A DNA stretch of 64,000 bases from Vulcanimicrobiota bacterium. Lineage in GTDB: Bacteria; Vulcanimicrobiota; Vulcanimicrobiia; Vulcanimicrobiales; Vulcanimicrobiaceae. Every line of letters starts with the position of its first letter. The first letter of the stretch is position 1. Where the stretch lies: contig PLLA01000119.1 of assembly GCA_003140835.1 (NCBI GenBank), forward strand, positions 167,987 to 231,986, written 5' to 3'. The notes beneath the pieces were generated by a model. It searched no databases. It saw only the letters and a program-made list of their open reading frames with translations, and was not told the origin of the DNA. Positions 60,517 to 64,000 of the stretch are shown one piece after another. A program made the position numbers and the translations under genes.

Positions 60517-62178
60517 TTGGCGGCCGGCCTGCTGGCTGCGTTCGGCATGGCGATGGTTCTCACCGGCTGCAGTAAGGCCGGAAACGAAAACGGCGGCGCC
60601 GGCGGCCGACATCCCTGGACGCAGCCCGGCGTCTTCCGTTTTTCGGAAGCGGCCGATCCCAAGAATCTCAATCCTGCATTAAATTCCGCTTCGCCGACGC
60701 TCGACCTGGCCATGTTCGTCTACTCTTGGACGATTCGCTACGACAGCAAAGCGCAACCCTTCCCAGATGCTCTGATCGAAGTTCCGACGCTGGCCAACGG
60801 CGACGTCAGCAAGGACGGCTTGCTGTTGAAATACAAGCTGCGGCACAACATCAAGTGGCAGGATGGCGTGGCGCTGACGTGCCGGGATCTCAAGTTCACC
60901 TGGCAAGTCGTCATGAATTCCAAGAACAACGTGATCACGACCGATGGCTATAAAGACATCGGCAGCATCGACTGCAGTAACCCGTACGTCGCCGTCATTC
61001 ACATGAAACGTCTTTACGCTCCGTTCTTACAGCAGCTGTGGAGCGTAAACGGCAACTCGCCGATTTTGCCCGAGCATTTGCTGGCGCAGTACAATGACGA
61101 TAAAGGATCGTTCAATAGCGCCGCCTACAACTCGCTCCCCGTCGGAAGCGGTCCGTTCAAGGTCGTTTCGTGGCAGCGGGGACAGGAAGTCCGTCTGGAA
61201 GCGAATCCCGACTTCTACCTAGGCAAACCGAAACTCAAAACGGTCATCTATCGGATCGTCTCCGACGAGAACACCGAAGAGGCGGAGCTGCAATCCCACG
61301 AGCTGGACATGCTGGCTCTGGGAACCGGGCTCAAGTGGCCCGAATACGTCGCCATGGCCGCCGATCCGAAGAACGGTTTGGTCGCGATTCGCGTCGACTC
61401 TTATCAGTGGTCGCACATCGACTTCAACCTAGCGCACCCGATCGTGAGCGACGTCAACGTCCGTAGGGCTTTGGCCTACGCGACCAACCGTCAGGAGATC
61501 ATCGACAAGATCTCACATGGTTCGGCCATCGTCGCGGAGACCGATCAAAGCCCGAAGCTGTCGTGGGCGTACACCAACGACATCGTGCACTATCCCTTCA
61601 ATCCGGAGAAAGCCAAGGCGCTCCTGGACGCCGACGGCTGGAAAGTCGGTCCCGACGGCGTCCGCATAAAGAATGGACAACGCCTTGAGTTTACGTTAAG
61701 CACGCAAACCGAGTCGAACCTTGGAAAGGCCCAGCAGACGCTCCTTCAGCGCGAGTGGCGCGACGTCGGCGTGCAAGCCGACATCAAGAACTATCCAACC
61801 AGCCAATTTTTCGACAACTCGACCAACGGCATTCTGCAGGGCGGTCACTACGATGCCGCCGGATTCAGTTGGATTGGCGCGGCCGATCCCGACGACAACG
61901 CGATCTATTCGGGCGACAATCTGGCGCCGCACGGACAGAACGCGATGATGTGGAACAATCCCAAAGCCACCGCCGCCATGGCGGACGCGCTCAAGACCGT
62001 CGATCAAGCGCGCCGCAAACGCGACTACATCATCGTCCAGCAACAATTGGCGCTCGACGTTCCGACGATCATCATTTCGTTTACGCGCGTGCCGTACGTC
62101 TACAACAGCGATCTCAAGGGATTCGATCCTTCGCCGGTGATATCGGCTTTTTGGGATCCGTGGAATTACTCGATCTGA
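60517..62178 (+). CDS. ABC transporter substrate-binding lipoprotein, family 5
   Basis: TTG start. Lipobox LTGC. Family-5 SBP body. Paralogue of the ORFs at 22054 and 62210. Confidence 0.9.
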   Translation: MAAGLLAAFGMAMVLTGCSKAGNENGGAGGRHPWTQPGVFRFSEAADPKNLNPALNSASPTLDLAMFVYSWTIRYDSKAQPFPDALIEVPTLANGDVSKDGLLLKYKLRHNIKWQDGVALTCRDLKFTWQVVMNSKNNVITTDGYKDIGSIDCSNPYVAVIHMKRLYAPFLQQLWSVNGNSPILPEHLLAQYNDDKGSFNSAAYNSLPVGSGPFKVVSWQRGQEVRLEANPDFYLGKPKLKTVIYRIVSDENTEEAELQSHELDMLALGTGLKWPEYVAMAADPKNGLVAIRVDSYQWSHIDFNLAHPIVSDVNVRRALAYATNRQEIIDKISHGSAIVAETDQSPKLSWAYTNDIVHYPFNPEKAKALLDADGWKVGPDGVRIKNGQRLEFTLSTQTESNLGKAQQTLLQREWRDVGVQADIKNYPTSQFFDNSTNGILQGGHYDAAGFSWIGAADPDDNAIYSGDNLAPHGQNAMMWNNPKATAAMADALKTVDQARRKRDYIIVQQQLALDVPTIIISFTRVPYVYNSDLKGFDPSPVISAFWDPWNYSI

Positions 62179-62209
62179 CCTCGGGTGTCGCTAGCCGAAG
62201 GAGCTTAGA

Positions 62210-63844
62210 ATGACTCGGAGCGCTCGCGCCGCTCAACGCGTATTCGCGTTCGTCGTCGCCGCCGTGGTGTTGTCGGCCTGTACCAAGGGCGGTGCCGGCG
62301 GCACCGCGGCGAAGACGCACTCGTTGACGGTCGCCGACGGTTCGGGCGACGTTACGAGCCTCAACCCGCACCTTTTCACGGAAACGACGCTGGGATATAT
62401 TTCGCAGCTGTCGCAAGCGTATCTGGTGAAATGGGGCTCGGATAACCGGCCATACGCCGAACTCGTTACCGAAGTGCCGACGCAGGCCAACGGCGGTATC
62501 AGCGCAGATGGGAAGACCATTACCTGGCATCTACGCCACGGCGTACGCTGGTCCGACGGAGCGCCCTTTGACGCCGACGACGTGGTGTTCTCGACGAAAG
62601 TCGTTTTAAACCCGGCGAATAACGAGGTCGGCCGCGACGGCTGGAACTTGATCCAGAAGATGGACGAGCCCGACAAATACACCGTTGTTTATCACTTGCG
62701 GACGCCATATGCGGCCTACGAACCGACGTTCTTCGGAAGCGCCGGTGCCAACCCCGACGTTCTGCCCAAGCACCTTCTGCAAAGCTATCCGAACATCAAT
62801 CAGGTCGCGTATAACGCCAAACCGGTCGGCATCGGGCCGTTTCGCATCGTCGCTTGGCGCCGGGGCGACAGCGTCGAGCTCGAAGCCAATCCCTATTACT
62901 TCCGCGGCGAGCCCAAGATCCAGCACATTTCGTTCAAACTCATTCCTTCGCGCGATACCTTGCTCACGTTAATGCAAACCGGTGAGGTCAAGCTGTGGCC
63001 CGAAGTCCCATCGTCGTATCTTACGCGAGTGCTGGCGCTCACGAACGTTCAAACCGAAATCAAACCAAGCCCGTTCTACGGGCACCTCGATTTCAACGTG
63101 ACCCGGCCGCTGGTGAGCGACTTGCGCGTGCGCCAAGCGATCCGTTACGCCATCGACCGTCCCGGGCTCGCGCAAAAAGTCGCTCAGGGTAACGCCATCG
63201 TGCAAGAGAGCGTTATACCGCCCGTTAACCCAATTGCCCCCAAAGACATACCGCTGGTACCCTACGACGCGGCGAGAGCCAGGCAACTCCTCGACGCGGC
63301 CGGCTGGAAGGCCGGCCCGGACGGCATTCGGGTGAAAAATGGACAGCGACTATCGCTGGAGTTTCCATACTATACGGGCGTGTCGACGGCGGACGACACG
63401 GTTGAGTTCATTCGCCAGAACTTGCGCGCCGTGGGGATCGATATCCAAACGCGAAAGTTCGCGCCGGCGGTGTTCTTCGCTCCCTACCAGCAGAACGGCA
63501 TAATCTACGGCGGCAAGTGGGACATGACGATGTTCTCGTGGCAAGCCGATCCCGTTGGCGAGATATCCAACATTTGGCAATGCAACCAAATTCCGCCTAA
63601 CGGGCAAAACGTCGCGCACTTCTGCAACGGGCAGTTGGATGCGCTGCTCGAGCGCTTCAAAGTTACCTACAACCAAGAGGAGCATCGGCGGCTCCTCGAT
63701 CAAGAGGTCAAGATCATCGACGCCAACGTCCCGACCATCGTGCTCGACGTTCTCAAGAACGGGTACACGCACAGCCCGAACCTCACCGGTTACGATCCGG
63801 GCGCGTGGACGGCCTTCGACAACATGATGACCTCGGACATCTAG
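62210..63844 (+). CDS. ABC transporter substrate-binding lipoprotein, family 5
   Basis: ATG after GAAGGAG. Lipobox LSAC. Family-5 SBP body. Confidence 0.9.
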   Translation: MTRSARAAQRVFAFVVAAVVLSACTKGGAGGTAAKTHSLTVADGSGDVTSLNPHLFTETTLGYISQLSQAYLVKWGSDNRPYAELVTEVPTQANGGISADGKTITWHLRHGVRWSDGAPFDADDVVFSTKVVLNPANNEVGRDGWNLIQKMDEPDKYTVVYHLRTPYAAYEPTFFGSAGANPDVLPKHLLQSYPNINQVAYNAKPVGIGPFRIVAWRRGDSVELEANPYYFRGEPKIQHISFKLIPSRDTLLTLMQTGEVKLWPEVPSSYLTRVLALTNVQTEIKPSPFYGHLDFNVTRPLVSDLRVRQAIRYAIDRPGLAQKVAQGNAIVQESVIPPVNPIAPKDIPLVPYDAARARQLLDAAGWKAGPDGIRVKNGQRLSLEFPYYTGVSTADDTVEFIRQNLRAVGIDIQTRKFAPAVFFAPYQQNGIIYGGKWDMTMFSWQADPVGEISNIWQCNQIPPNGQNVAHFCNGQLDALLERFKVTYNQEEHRRLLDQEVKIIDANVPTIVLDVLKNGYTHSPNLTGYDPGAWTAFDNMMTSDI

Positions 63845-63932
63845 GTTGATTTATCCCGGCTCATCGTCGACTCAGGACTCGTGTGCAGGTCACACGTCGT
63901 CCATCGTCTTCTCGATCCGGAATAAATCAACC
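63844..63932. repeat. AT-rich-armed inverted repeat downstream of the tandem SBP genes
   Basis: GGTTGATTTATCCCGG (63844-63859) and CCGGAATAAATCAACC (63917-63932) are 15/16 complementary. An inner CGTGTG-caggt-CACACG hairpin lies near 63879-63896. Confidence 0.6.
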
Positions 63933-64000
63933 GTCGATGTGCCGGCGGCGCTCGGACGATCGTCGCCGGTATTTAGATTTTTTAGCTTACTGGAGGTGCC

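Noticed and set aside
1-64000. Search by eye for tRNA/rRNA genes, CRISPR arrays, transposases, integrases, reverse transcriptases, toxin-antitoxin pairs and known defence genes.
   Set aside because: None was recognised. All intergenic gaps over 100 nt were read and contain only the repeats and hairpins listed above. A tRNAscan, Rfam or defence-finder run would be the decisive check.

Overview
About 64 kb of a high-GC (roughly 60-65 % by eye, not computed), very gene-dense bacterial chromosome segment. I call about 60 CDS. Many are joined by 1-14 nt start/stop overlaps (ATGA, GTGA, TAATG), so most genes sit in long, translationally coupled operons. The organism is diderm, given a TolC-family protein, a membrane-fusion protein and a beta-barrel OMP ending in Phe. 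I cannot assign a lineage from the sequence alone. I found no rRNA, tRNA, CRISPR array, transposase, integrase or phage gene.

Recognisable blocks, in order:
- 2-oxoacid dehydrogenase E1-alpha (cut by the window edge), an M20 amidohydrolase and an FAD oxidoreductase
- a large BNR/Asp-box exoprotein
- a TIGR00725(SLOG) / beta-CASP RNase / threonine aldolase operon
- ETF-ubiquinone oxidoreductase chained to thiO-thiS-thiG
- an RCK-pore-RCK ion channel, Bcp peroxiredoxin and pyrE
- three paralogous family-5 ABC substrate-binding lipoproteins, and an EF-G paralogue
- an ECF sigma / anti-sigma pair
- DUF485-ActP
- sufC-sufD-sufS-sufU with divergent sufR plus a second NifU-like scaffold
- a folD / O-methyltransferase / flavin reductase / MBL / thpR operon, and TlpA
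- a six-gene CN-hydrolase to TldD/PmbA operon
- an MFP-TolC pair

Most interesting observations:
1. The anti-sigma factor coupled to the ECF sigma is a cytoplasmic Hx3Cx2C (ZAS) domain fused to an intact O6-alkylguanine-DNA alkyltransferase domain (PCHRV). It is followed by a PHP-type phosphoesterase carrying a roughly 190-aa histone-H1-like Lys/Ala/Pro tail. Together they look like a candidate, uncharacterised alkylation-damage-sensing sigma switch.
2. Two secreted proteins have signal peptides that lie upstream of any canonical start codon and are best explained by GGAG-preceded ATT start codons.
3. A family of nested-hairpin GTCATCCTGAGCGGAGC repeat elements occurs several times, and in one place its two ends bracket a single small gene.
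4. The folD-tlpA spacer is filled by two exactly antisense ORFs, neither with a complete canonical gene structure.

All functional calls come from reading the translated ORFs by eye. No database search was run.
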